Source: Rhizaria sp. SCN 62-66 (taxonomy: Eukaryota). From it: a DNA stretch of 64,000 bases. The DNA lies in NCBI GenBank assembly GCA_001724265.1, contig MEDY01000181.1, forward strand, positions 1 to 64,000. Reading direction: 5' to 3'. The notes beneath the pieces are model-generated. The model had not been told where the DNA came from. It ran no database searches and saw only the letters and a list, made by a program, of their open reading frames with translations. The translations under genes and the position numbers were made by a program. This document shows positions 12,452-24,696 of this stretch, piece by piece; position 1 is the stretch's first letter, and every line of letters starts with the position of its first letter.

Positions 12452-13199
12452 GAGCTGTAAGTGAACGCAGTCGTTCCTGTTCAGATATCCATTGAGACTG
12501 CGATGTGGAGTTGCATTGCGCTGTCGTTTCGGCTGTAACCGGCGACGAATATTAACGCCAAGGGTTGCCGCGGCTCTTGCACGCCGTCACTATCGTGGGA
12601 TGAGTTGTCTCTTCTCTCATAATCGTATAAATTTGTACTTACTGATATTTTGAGAACCCCAACGGAAGGGACGGGGCAGGTGGTGTCGGACAGTGCGCAA
12701 CTACAACCATTTGCGCACAAACACGACGGCGATTTTGTGTGATGATTGTGTTTTTTTATGGATTAAATATGATGTATAATGAAGATATCGAAAATTATTA
12801 TGACGACGAGGTTAAATGTAGTGAACATTCGGATTTGATAGAACGAAGTGGCAGTGGACAACATGTGGACTAACTGACCTTCTTTAAATGTGCATTTACA
12901 CAATTCTACGACTTGCTCTTCATGCAGAAACCTCGGACTTGCCCACAGGGGTTAAGTTTGTAGAGAATATAAGGAGATATATGACGTTTATATGTAAGGA
13001 TACCAAGGAATATGCTCAATAATGCTGTATATCGAAGACTGTATTGAGGGGAAATAAAAATTAAGTCTGTACTTTCCAAGACTTACATTACACCTGTACT
13101 AGTAAACTTCTAACGCTGTACGCCCCTCCATGCGTCTTTCACATACACAAGAGACATGACCTTATCTTGACACGCAGCCGTTGTGATATCTTAAATAAT

Positions 13200-13700
13200 C
13201 AAAACACAACACACACACTGCGAGCTTTTCCCCGATGGCCTGAAGCACGGCTGGGTGCGTGGCGGCGAGCTCGCACATCGTTTTGCCAGCTGCGTCAGTG
13301 GCTCGTGCGCGCACGGCATCATCACGATTGTAGTGGGCAGCGAGCGCAAGCGGCGGCCGCCCGGCTGCGTTTGTGGCCTCGGGTACAGCCGATGCGGGCA
13401 CGCCCATGGCGGCGCAGTGCGCCACAACGGCTTCAATGACGCCCGCGTTGTTGTCAAACGTGGCATCATGCATCGTGGCCCAGCCCTGGTGGTCGCGTAG
13501 CACCGGGTTGGCGGTTGGCGCCCGCGCGCAGCAGCGCCTGCACAACGGCCGTAAAACCGTTGGTGGCCATGCGCAATAACGGGATCTTGCACAACGTGTT
13601 GAGCAAGTTGACGCTCGCGCCCGCGGCCGCCACGGCGCCCGCAGCGCCCAGGCGCGACGCGTGCACTAGCGCGGGCACGCCGCTAGGGCCCGGCATCGGT
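13200..13700 (-). pseudogene. Frameshifted ankyrin-repeat gene fragment (copy 1)
   Basis: Ankyrin-like segments (LVHASRLG...AGASVN, KIPLLRMATNGFTAVVQALLRAGAN, RDHQGWATMHDA, GRPPLALAAHYNRDDAVRA) are split across two frames by a 7-bp tandem duplication at 13507-13520. Boundaries are approximate. Confidence 0.65.
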
Positions 13701-14718
13701 GAGTAATACAGTTTATTGAATTGACTCAAAGAGGCATTTTTTTTGTAGTACAGTTGTAGTTACATCGACATTGTCGTGACGCAACTGCCTGATGTGAAGA
13801 TGCGGGCGCAAAGGCGCATGCAAGTGATGTCATCCTAGCTATGGCATGGGCTACGGCGCAATTCCCCATTTCCAATCGACTTCAAGTCAGTAGCGCTCTT
13901 ACTTACAACTTTAGATGTGGGTTTATTCATCGACATGTGCTGAGTTGGTGATAACAAGCTTGGCACTTGAAGGGCACTAGCAGCAGATACAGGGTAAACT
14001 GCAGTGGTGGCGAGAGCAGCCGGGTTATCTCCGTGGTGGTGGTGTACGCCCAACGTCTTGATGTTGGACCAGTTCTTAACAGCAGTCATGCCAGCATTCT
14101 CACCCCATTTGGCAGTCAATGTAGCGACGTCCGCTGCGATGATTGACTCATTTGAATAAGCTAGAGATTTTAATAGATCTGTGGCCATCGCGAGGGACTT
14201 GTGCCGCTCATTGACTTCCGCGATCGCGTTTATTCCGGCGCGATTCCACGAGTGTTGATCCAAGCTTGGGGATGAGATCGGGCATATCAAAGCGGATAAA
14301 TAACCCACTAAATCTATACTACCCGACTTAATACGGTTTGCGGACGATTCATTTGCTCGGTGCGGACGTTTGTTTCCTGAGCAGGTTAAAAACAGAATTC
14401 TTCTTCTCTCCCAAATGTGTTTCGTACGTATTCTGAATTGAAATTCGAGTGTATTTTGCTGATTAGCTCCTCGTAAACTCGTATTAATAGTGTGTACTGC
14501 CTCGCTGGCTTGCTGGGCAATACGCCACGAACAGATGTTTGTTGATTATAAAATTGTTAAATTGTAAGACTAGAGTTAAGTAGAGCTCGGCACGACACGC
14601 AGACTCGCTTTGCGCGTGTGTTGCGTGCTTTGGCTCGCGCCACCACTTGCCATATGCGCAACATCGTTTTAACACACGAGATTAGTAGTATGTGTGTCGT
14701 ACTCGTGCGTTTCTCAGT

Positions 14719-15418
14719 TTAGCCGCGCCACCACTTGCCCATGCGCGTGAGGAGCTTGTCCGAGAGCTTCTGCTCGGCGATGACCTCCTTCTGGTTCGCG
14801 TTAACGCGGCGCATCGTCTCCTCCTGCTGGTTGAGACGTTCGAGCGTGTCGCGCGCGACGTCCTCCGACTGGAGCAGCTGTGCACGCGCGGCGTGCAGGC
14901 GCTCCATGTTGGCTGCGTGGCGCTCGTCCTCGTCCACAGGCCCGTCGGCGGGGCCGCCCGCGGCGCCGGCGCGGGGCGCGCGCGCGAGCAGCTGGCGCCG
15001 CTTGAGGTCCTCGACCTTGGCCGTGTACGTCTTGGTCTGCGCCAGCGCGGCGGCCTTGGCCGTGGGGTTGGCGAGCGCGTGGACGTGGATCTTGAGCTGG
15101 TCCAGAAGCTGCTCGGCCTCCTCGATCGTGTCCGTGATGTCGTCGGGCAGCGGGCCCGAGGTGGGGATCGGAGCCAGGAGCTCCTCCAGGTCGGACAGGT
15201 AGCTGTGCGCGGCAGAGGAGCGCGCGGCAGAGGGAAAGTTGGAAAGCAGAAGCGGGGTCAAGAGGTGGAGAGAGAGAGAGAGAGAGAGAGAGAATAAGTG
15301 AGTTGTCAGGCGCAATAAAGACTCAAAGCTCGTGAATACGCATAGAATATACGTTCGTCAGACATTGGATTGGAGCATGAAAGAGAGCAGAGGGGACGTA
15401 CTTGTTGACAGTGGACAT
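14719..15418 (-). CDS. Vti1-like Qb-SNARE (N-terminal helical bundle + SNARE coil) lacking a C-terminal transmembrane helix; exons 15418-15402 and 15202-14719
   Basis: MSTVNNYLSDLEELL...IEEAEQLLDQLKIHVHAL...QSEDVARDTLERLNQQEETMRRV...LSDKLLTRMGKWWRG; intron GTACGT...CACAG; stop TAA. Confidence 0.7.
15268..15293 (+). repeat. (GA)13 microsatellite in the SNARE gene intron
   Basis: Direct reading of the sequence. Confidence 0.9.
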
Positions 15419-16218
15419 GAACGTGTGCTGTGTTGAGCTGACTGGGAGAGCTGTTTTGAATGCGGCGCTGCGCTGAGAGAGCGAGGGGCGCGCAAGGGCG
15501 GAACAAAAGTGAGGGACTAAGGCGCGGGGGGGAAAAGCAAAGACGCGAACGGTCTGTGTGAAGTCAGAGAGATGAGGCAGAAGCGATGCCGGCAGCGAAT
15601 GAGCAAGAGTGGTCAAGTGGGAAAAGGGGAGGGGGAAGCGCGCGGGCGCCGAGGATAGGGCGTTTCAAGGAGCAGCGTGTGAGAATCCAGCATAGGAGAT
15701 ATTCGGAGCAAAGATTACGAACGGCTTGTGCGGCCTGGACGGGAAAAAAAAGTGCTAAGGAGGCCTTTCATAACGTCTCGTCGAGCGACGCGTCAACGGC
15801 CATCCATTGACGTTAAAGGCGTCTAGCGCACGTCATCAAGCCGAAGAGCATGTACTATAAAAGGAAAAAGTATAACTCAAGCGTAGCTCAGTCTGAATGA
15901 CCGCTTGTGTACGATTAACGGTCGTTTCCCCCTTTTGCTGTGAGTTTAACTGACTTTTCTGAGTCATCAGACTGGGTGAACGATAGTGATCTTGTGGCTG
16001 TGTTGAAAACACGTTATTAACCGTGCATATCGTCACTTCGGCGCGCGTATGCGATGCTATTTGATATAGATTCTAATCCAAATATATTGTTTTCTTATTC
16101 CACACCAGGCTTCACTTGATATTGTGTCGAACAGGTCTTTTTTGCGCCACTCGGCAGTCTTGCTCCTTCTCGACCCAAACACCGTACCGTCCGGCCCCCG
16201 CGCGGGGAGCTCTGTCCG

Positions 16219-19200
16219 ATGCTCCGTGCCGGCGCGCTGACCGCAGCCGCGCGCATTAGGACCCTTGCCGCCCCTCTGTTTCTGCCACGCCTTGCAACCG
16301 TGCTCTCATGCCCGCCCCGGCGCACGCTTTCCGTCTCTGCCGCCACGCACGGTGTCTCAACCGCGACTGCGGCTGCGGACTCGGGCGCGGTGGCCGCGGC
16401 CCGCGCGCGGCTGCCGCTGCTTTTCAACTCGTGGGACGACCCTTTTGTGGTGGTGTACAAGCCCGCTGGGCTGGCCATGCAGCTGCGCGGCGACCTGCCC
16501 GCCGGCCAGCCCTCGGCCGCAGTCAACGCCGACGCTAACGCTTGTGACGCCAACGCTAACGCTTGTGACGCCGATGCTCACGCTTGCGACGCCGACGTCG
16601 ACGCTGACGACGCTGACGCTGAGGTGGGCGTGGAAGCCGCGGGCCGCGGCGTCCAACCGTCAGTGATGTCTCTCGCGCGGTTACTCGCGGGATCCGCGCG
16701 GCCTGTGTACCTTGTGCACCGGCTGGACAAACACACCGCGGGGGCGCTCGTGCTCGCGCTGCACCGCGCGGCGGCCTCGGAGCTGCAGGGCTCGGTGCAG
16801 CGGTCCGCCACGCTGAATACAGCACAGGATGAGTTAAATATAGCACAGGATGAGCTCTGCGCCGCAGAGGAAGCCGCTGCAGAGCAAGCTGTTAGTGCAC
16901 AAGAGGATGCCATTTCAGATGCAAAGACAGACGCTGCAGCGGCGGAAATGGGGCCGTCAGCGGTGCTGCGGGCGCAAAAGAGCGCGGCGCGGCGCGCGCT
17001 GCGCTCTGTGCTCGACCGCGGCGCGCCCTGGGTCAAACGGTACGCGGCTCGCTTCGAACAGTACAAAGCGATATATATTATACCGGTGAGCCCAATATAA
17101 TGTATTTTAGCTGTTGTGCTTTCCGGAGGTCTTCTAACATTGTAACTTTTGTTTTAACTCGATTGCGCTCAATTTCTATAGGTACCGCATCGTGGTCGAC
17201 TTGCCGCCCTGTGTGCAAGCAGGGTTACAGCCACAGAACCACCACAGCAGTCGCAACCGCTGGCCACACCCGTTGTCTGCGCTTGTTTCGCCCCACCTGG
17301 GCGGTACCGGCCTCTTCGCCGTCCAGTCACTGCGCGACAGCGATAGGGCCGCCGTCGCCCCCGGTCAGAGCCAGAGCGGCGCCGCTGTGGAGCGCGTGCT
17401 GCTGCGGTAGGGCGCGCTGGCGACGTGGACGCTGCGGCGGCCGCTGTTTCCGCCCGCGCTGCTCGCGCACATCCCCGTCGTGCCCACTGGAGCCAGCGCT
17501 AGCGCGGGAACGGGATCAGAGACCGGCGCTGCGGACCCGCCTGCAGACACGGTGCTGACGGCGGCGCAGGGCTGGCGTGTCACACTGCCAACCAGCGGTG
17601 CTATCAACCCAGTGACATCGACAGCGCCAGTGACAACAGTTGCGGCGCCTGCCTCGATGGCCGAGTCTTCTGCCGCCGCGCTGTTCTCCGGCGACACCGT
17701 GCCTCCAGGTGCGTGGGCAGAAAAATCGCTCGCGCTAGGACCCGCCGTGCGCGCGCGCGCTCAAGCCGCGGCGCGTCGCCGGCTGCCCTGGGCATGGGCT
17801 AACGCCCGCCTTGGCTCCGATGACGTCAACGCTGTAGATACTGCGCAGACAGTTGATACACCAGAGCAAAATGGGAGCAGCTCACTCGTGCTCGATGTGC
17901 CGGGCGCTGCAACGCTCTGTGCGCCTGTGCCGGTCGCCGCGCAACCGGGCGCTTCGTTGGCCGTTGCGAACGACTTTGCCGTGCTTGCCGGTGCGCTGCC
18001 GCTGTCCGCTGCAGTGACCCCGGTTGACAGCGTCGCACTGGCAGAACGTGTTTCAAGCGCGCTGCGGGCGCGCTAGCGGCTTGCAGTGGGCGACGAAGCG
18101 TCTGCGGTCACGCCCCCACCACAGCAAGGACCAGGCGTCGCAGGTGCGCAAGAGAGCGGAACCGGCGTGGTTGCGCTGCGCTCGCCATGGGGCGCACACC
18201 GGCTGTTGCTGCAGCCCGACGCTGAGGCTGAGGCCGCGGACGGCCGCCGGTGGCGCGCGGGCCGCTTTCTGCGCTATGCCGCGCTGCCCTGCGGCTGCGC
18301 GCTGCCCCACCGCGCCGCCGCTGCGGGCGTACATGCGCGCGACTTCCGCCCCGACGACTCGCCGCGCTCTCTATCTTTCCACAAGGAGAGCAAGATCCTC
18401 GACACGCTTGGTGTCGAGGACGCGAGTGCGAGCGCGAGCGCGAGTGCGCAGTACAGCGCCGAGGCGCTGGCGCCGCGGTTTGCGCTGCACCCGTTCGTGC
18501 CGGAGCACATCCTGTTCGAGTCCGCGCCGGCGGGCAGCGCGACGCACGAGCTCAAGCCGCTGGCACCGGACCGCGCTGGCGGCGCGGCGGGGCGGCCGCC
18601 GGCGGTGTTCACGGCCGTGCGCGCCCGCGCCCGGCGCGCGCTGACGACGTTCCGCCTCGAAGGGCTCGCTCGCGGCGGTACGGCGGCGGTGTACACGGCG
18701 CAACTGGGCACGGGCCGTACCCACCAGCTGCGCGTGCACTTCGCAGACGCGGGGCTGCCAATCCGCGGCGACCCATACTACAACCGCCCGCTCGTCGCCG
18801 CATGGGCTGAAGCGGTGCTATCCGCCGCCGCCGCCGCTGATGATGATGATAAGGGGGCTGAGGGCGCCGACAAAGCTGTGTCGCCGTCACCGCAACCGCA
18901 GTTGCTGCTGGAATCGGAACTGCATTTGCAGGCGTACTTCTTGCAGTTTCCGCTCCCGCGCCGTGCGCTCGCCGACGCCTTGGAAAACGAGGCCGACAGC
19001 GCCGACGCCAACGCCAACGCTCACGGTGACGGTTCGATGCAACGCGGAGACCTTGGCCGCAGCGCGGTACCGAACGGCAGCGACCCGCTGGTGCGACTCA
19101 TTCCCGTTGCCAACACCGACAGCAGCAGGCACAGTGCCACAATTGCGGCCCGGTGGACAGAGGCGCCTCTACCGGGCCCGCCCGCGCTCGCGCCGGGCCG

Positions 19201-19939
19201 TCTGGGCGCGGGCTCACGCGGGCGGCGTGTGGCTGAGCACGGCGCGCTGCTGGCCACCCTTGCGCGCGTCGCAAATGCAGCCGCCTTTACCGCCCCTGAT
19301 CACCACGCAGCCTCTCCGCAGCAGACCGCGGCCGTCACAGGGCTGCCGGTGTGGCTGCGCGCGCGTGAGCCCTGGACTGCGGTGGCGCACGAGACTGTCG
19401 GGTCCGACGCCGCTGCGCTGTTGGCGCGCGTGTTGCGCGAAAAACCGCTGGTCGCGCCGGTGCGCACGGTCGGCGACGCCTCCGCGCTGCTGGCGCGGTG
19501 CATCGCCGCGGACAAGCCGGCGATCAAGGCGCTGACGGGCGCGTTCTTCCGCGCGCTGCACCGCCACTCTGCCGCCGCCGCAACCGCCGCCACCGGTGCG
19601 GCAGGCGCAGGCGCGGGCGCGGGCGCGGGCGCAGAGGCGCCGCGTGCGCGCGTGCGGTTGTGGTGGAACGAGCCCGACTCCGGCGGCGACGACCTGGGAC
19701 GCTACGAGACTGACTCTGCGGACGCGAGTGCGAACGCTTCCGGCGAGCCTCCGGAGCAGCACCCGCTGGGATTCACGAAGGTGCGGCGCGTGGATGGCGC
19801 CGGTGCGGCCGCTGTGGGCGCGAAGGTGTGGCGCTTTGAGAGCGACGCGGGCGTGGAGCTCGTGCGCATTGTGCTGCCGCCGCCAGAGCGCTGGGGCGTC
19901 GCCGTCGAGCAAGCCTCGCAAGCGGCGCAAGTGGTGTGA
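16219..19939 (+). CDS. RluA-family RNA pseudouridine synthase, probably organelle-targeted; exons 16219-17039 and 17182-19939; two internal TAG codons
   Basis: Motif I VVYKPAGL, catalytic motif II YLVHRLDKHTAGALVLA, KRYRIVV across the splice junction, motif III LGTGRTHQLRVHFADAGLPIRGDPYY, and LHLQAYFLQFP. Exon 2 is one frame broken only by TAG at 17408 and 18074. The N-terminus is Arg/Ala/Leu-rich like a transit peptide. Stop TGA. Confidence 0.85.
16531..16614 (+). repeat. Coding 21-bp tandem repeat, about 4 degenerate copies (DANACDA/NANACDA/DAHACDA/DVDADDA)
   Basis: gacgctaacgcttgtgacgcc aacgctaacgcttgtgacgcc gatgctcacgcttgcgacgcc gacgtcgacgctgacgacgct. Confidence 0.8.
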
Positions 19940-20121
19940 TTAATTTTAAAACGAACTTACTTAAGAGCGTGTTCATGAGAGTGAAACAGAATTATACAAA
20001 GCTATTTATTATTTATGCACGACCAGCATATGAAAGATACTGCAAGACGGTAGAAGTGCTTGACGAAAGTCCGACTTATGAAACTCACAAAAACTGGAGT
20101 TGAAAGCAGGTTGATTTGAGA

Positions 20122-23100
20122 TCAACCAAGCATCATGCCTGAGCGGCTCGGCGAGCGCACGTGGCTGTTGCGCCGGCTGTTGTTCCCGCTGCCGTTACCG
20201 CTGCCGCCCCCGCCCCCGCCCCCGCCCGTGGTGTTGGGGCTTCGGAACGGCGAGCGCGCGCGCAGCACACTGCCACCGCCCGCCGCGGCCGTGGGCGCAG
20301 TGAGCGCGTCCAGCCCGCCCACCGTGGACGACGAGCGGCGAGCGTGGCCGCGGGCGCTGGGGCTGACAAGGCCGCCCGCGCCCGCGCCTGCCCCCGCACC
20401 GCCGACCGCGGGCGACGGCATCGGCGAGTGCCCGCGGCGGCCGCGGTAGCCCCCCGCGCCGGCGCCGTCGCCGCGGCCGGTGCCGTTGGCGAGCGCGAGC
20501 AGCTGCTGCTGCGCCTCCATCTGCTGCCCCTCGACCTCCTGTGCGTGCAGAATGAGCTCCTGCACAATCGCCGCGGAGAGTACGGCCGGCACGTGCGGCC
20601 GCACGGGCTGCTGGTGGTCGCCCGCCGAGCCCGCCACGGCACTGGGGCCGCTCGCGCCGAGACCGCCCAGCCCGCCGCTGCCGGGGCGCGTCGGCATCAG
20701 CAGCCGCACCGCGGTCTGGCGCCGGATCTCGGCGTCGTAGGCCTCGCGCGCGATGGCATACCCGTTGAAGCGCTGCACCGCGCTCTTGAGCTCTTTCTGT
20801 TGAAGTGCGTAGAAAAAGCAAAAAAGTGATCGTTCGTGAGCATAAATGGATATGCAATTAAAGAATGGAATTGAATGAAATGGAAGTCTCGTTTCAGGAG
20901 TCAAAAGTGCAGCTCGCATTGTTTGCAGGACGTACGGAGAAATGTTTGTCGAGAATGGCGGCGCGCGTCTGTGGCGACACGGGGGGCCAGCCTTTGTGCT
21001 TCTCCATGCGCTGCCACTGCAGCGTCCAGGCCTCGACCTTGGCGGCCTTGACCGATAGCCGCGAGCGCCAGTACGTCTGCACCAGCAGCACGCGCTGGCG
21101 GTAATGCCTGATGGCGCGCGTAATCGAGTCCGAGCCGACGTGGCCCTGGCGCTGCGCCAGAACCGAGCGGATCACGTCCGCCGCGCGGTCCTTGTACACC
21201 ACGGACCGGCACAGCGCTAGGAAACCCACCACGGAGCGGATTTTCTGGATGCGTTCGCGCGCGCGCAGGTGGCGCCGCTTCATCAGCACGTAGCGCAGGA
21301 AACGCATGATCTTCTGCGCGGCCGTGAGCAGCGCACGCTCCTGCGCCTGCATCGCGGGCACAGCCGCAAACGTCGCCTTGAGCGCCTGCAGCGACGCGGC
21401 GGCTGTGATAATGGGCAGCCACGTCGCCTGGACCGACTCGGTGGCCTGCCGCGACGCCGCCTCGCGCTGTTGCGCCGCGGCCGCGTCGTGCATCGCCGCG
21501 CGGGCCTCCAGCGCGCGCCGGCGCTCCTCGCGCATCGTGGCCTGCGATTGATAAGATGAAACACACAAAAAAAGCATATAGTACATTTTGGTAAGCTAGG
21601 AATCGAGAAAAAAGAAAATATTAACAGATGCTTACATATATGTGTGTGTTTGTGTGTGTATAAACACACTAAATCTATCACTGACTCGTACCTCGTGAAG
21701 AATGTGGCGCTGCGTAACGCGCGCGGCGTACTCGTTCTCCGCTTGAGCGCGCGCGGCGGCAGCGACTGCACCCGGTGGCAGCTGCGCGGGCACGCCCGTC
21801 GCTGAGTGCATCTTCGTGCCCGCTGCAATACTGCTGCCGCTGCTGCCGCTGCTGCTGGCGCCATCAGGGCCCACGCCGACGCCGCCGCCCGCGGCCGCGG
21901 GGTCAAAGCGCGTGGGGTCGAACCGGGTCGGGCCCGTGGCCGAGGCGGCGTAGCGCTGCGCCACCGCCGCGAGCGAGGGTCCGAAGGCCGTGGTCGTCGC
22001 AGCCGCGGCCAGAGTCACCAGCGCCTCCGCCGCGGGCTGTTGCCCGGGGCCCAGTGGCTGCGTCTGCGCCTGCTGGTGGTAGTCCCCAGAAGCGGCGTTG
22101 TTGCTGATGTTGCTGTTGTTATTGTTGTGCAGCGAGAGCGCGCGCGCGTCCTCCTTGCGCCGCGCCTCGGCCTTGGACAGCCGCAAGCTCTGGTGGAACG
22201 CGCGCAGCAGCGCCTCGTCGCGCCGCAGCGCCTGCAGCTTGTGCGCAACAACCGACCGCGCGGACACGCCGCCCAGCCCGCCCGCGCCGGGGGCCACGCT
22301 ACCGCCGCCGCCCGCGCCCGCGCCCGCGCCCGCGCCGGAGAGGTGCGTCTGCGCCTGCGCGTGCAGCGTGGCCGAGTGCAGCGTCGCGCCCATCGACCAC
22401 GGCTTCAGCTGCTGCGCGTGCGCCGCGGCGGACGCGGCGGCAGCGGCAGACGCGGCGGCCGCCGCCGCAGCAGCGGCGGAGGTCGCCGATACTGAGGCTG
22501 TGGGCCGCGTGCTCGCGCTCGCGCCGGTCGACGTGCCTGCGCCGGAGCCCGCGCCTGCGCCGGAGCCCGCGGCGGCGGACACCCGCACGCGCACGCGCGC
22601 GTCGCCGGCTCCCAGCGCGGCGAGCGAAAGGCAGTACGTGCCGGGGGGCACGCGGTGCGCGACGCCGCTGCGCCCGGGCAGCGAGAGGTAGTAAATCAAG
22701 CAGTCGCTGCCGCCAGCGCCGCCGCCGCTCGCGCCGCCCGTGTTGCTACCGCCGCCGCCACCGCCGCTGCTGCCGCCGCCGGGCATGCCGAAGCCGCCCG
22801 CGCCCGGTGCCGAGGCCGAAAACGACTCAAACCCGCCCGCAAAGCCGCCGGCTCCGGCTCCGAGACCGAAACCAGCCCCCGCGCCCCCCGCAGAGGGGAA
22901 GCCGAAGTCGCCCCCCGCCCCGTTGAGCCCTAGCATGCCCATTCCCATGCCCATGCCCATGCCAGCGCCCATGCCTGCGCCGGAGGCCGCGCCGCCCAAA
23001 TCGCTGCCGCCGCCGCTGCTGCTGGTGTTGCCGCTGCTCTGCGAAAGCGCGACGGGCGTGTACGCGAAGTCGCGCGTGAGCGCAACTTCGACGCGGCCGG

Positions 23101-23950
23101 TGTCCGCGACGGCCTCGAGCCGCACCGTGTGCAGCCCGCCGCCCGCGCCCGTGCCGGAGCCGCCGCCGGCCGATGCCGCAGAGCCACTGCCCGCGCTGCC
23201 GCCCGCGCCGGAGCCCGCGCCGGAGTTCGCACCCGCGCCTGACCCGCCGCCCGCGCCGCCGCTGCCGCTGCCGCCGCTGCCGCCGCCGACGACGACGCGG
23301 AAGCGCAGCTGGCCCTGGCGCGGAACCTCAACGTGCGTCAGCACGCCGTCGGGCAGCAGCGGGCCGCCCGCGGCTGCGGCCAGTGCGGCGCCGCCGCCGC
23401 CGTCGTCGAGCGAGCGGCCCAGGCGTGCGGCTGTGGCGCGGAATGCGCGGGCCTTCTCACCGCGGCGCGCGTCCCAGGCCGTGAGGACGTTGCGGATGCG
23501 CGTCTCGGGCGCGGCCTCGGACGCCGCGGTGAGCTTAGCTTGGTAGCGCGAGAGCAGGGTGGACATGGCCGCGTTGGTCGCCGCCGTGATGGTCGAGGAC
23601 GACGACGCGGACGCTGCGGCGGCGGCTGCTGACGCAGAGGCGGAGACAGCGGGGGGCCCGCTCGTGTGCAGCGCGGAGAGCGCGGGGGCCGGCGCGGGGC
23701 CTGACGCGGCCGCGGCGCGGGGCGTGGTGCCCGCGCGGGGACGCGCGCGGGCGGAAGAGGTCGCCGTGTTATTGTTTGCGGAGGAAGACGATGATTGCAC
23801 GATGGGCGGGAGAGTCAGTGTGTCGGGGGCAGCGGGGCGAGGCGACGCCGCAAGCCCTGAGCTGTCGGACCCGTGGCCAAAGGAAGACATGCGGCGCGGG
23901 GAGCGTCCGGTGGCAACCGGTGAGGTGGGAAACGCGAGGAGTGTCTGCAA
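20122..23950 (-). CDS. Gly/Ala-rich protein with degenerate IQ (calmodulin-binding-like) motifs; exons ~23944-21692, 21541-20936, 20796-20122; 5' exon(s) not resolved
   Basis: IQ-like helices AAQKIMRFLRYVLMKRR and RVLLVQTYWRSRL; two phase-0 introns with GTACG donors (21691, 20935) and CAG acceptors; stop TGA. Confidence 0.6.
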
Positions 23951-24696
23951 CTGCTGGTCAGCTCAGGCAACGATCAAGGAAGGACACGGAAACCTACAGA
24001 CAGGTGTCAAGAAGATATTAGGAGTAGACAAGAGAAGCGACATCAGGATTTGCGTGAAATAATGCCGAGTGTTAGTTTTGGCATTGCTAACAGTCAAATG
24101 CACTCGATCTATAGACTGCTGGTGCACGAAATACGCCAATGCAACACGACGTGGCGAAACTGATTGGCGAATTACGAGGAGCAGCGTGGAGCGGGAAGAT
24201 AAGAAGCAGTGGATATATTAAAAGAGGAACCCTGGTGTTCACATGTTAGCTACTCGTTAGTATCGTCAAACTCGAGTTTGACGTTGAAATTATCGCTTTT
24301 GAGCCTGAAAAAGTTGCCTCGTTCGAAACCAAACTTGGCTCCAGGCTCGAGGCCAGTTTGTGGTGATCGACAATGGACTCGAAGTGAAACAGGAGACCAG
24401 AAGGTGGGGATCCGTTGTATAGACGATTCTGTGTTGTTCTGTGAAATAAACGATCATTTCCACTCCGCATTTTCGATAATATCCTGGTTCTCGTTCATTT
24501 AGCCTCACATCAGTGAACTCATTTTCTCCCTCTTCTCACATCATCAATCACCTCGTTCTTGTTTAGTTTCGTCGCTCTACCGCTCGTCAATCGCGCGGTG
24601 CGATACTAGGTACCGAGATCCAGGTGAGCACAATTGTTATATACCGATTTTGACCCTTGCAGAACTTAGACGTCTCGCTCTTCCTCGCAAGCAGCG

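Noticed and set aside
24230-24420. Possible extra minus-strand exon with an in-frame TAG (…FRLKSDNFNVKLEFDDTNE*LTCEHQ) upstream of the IQ gene
   Set aside because: A TGA lies upstream in the same frame, composition is intergenic-like, and I could not link it by consistent splice sites, so it was not counted as evidence.
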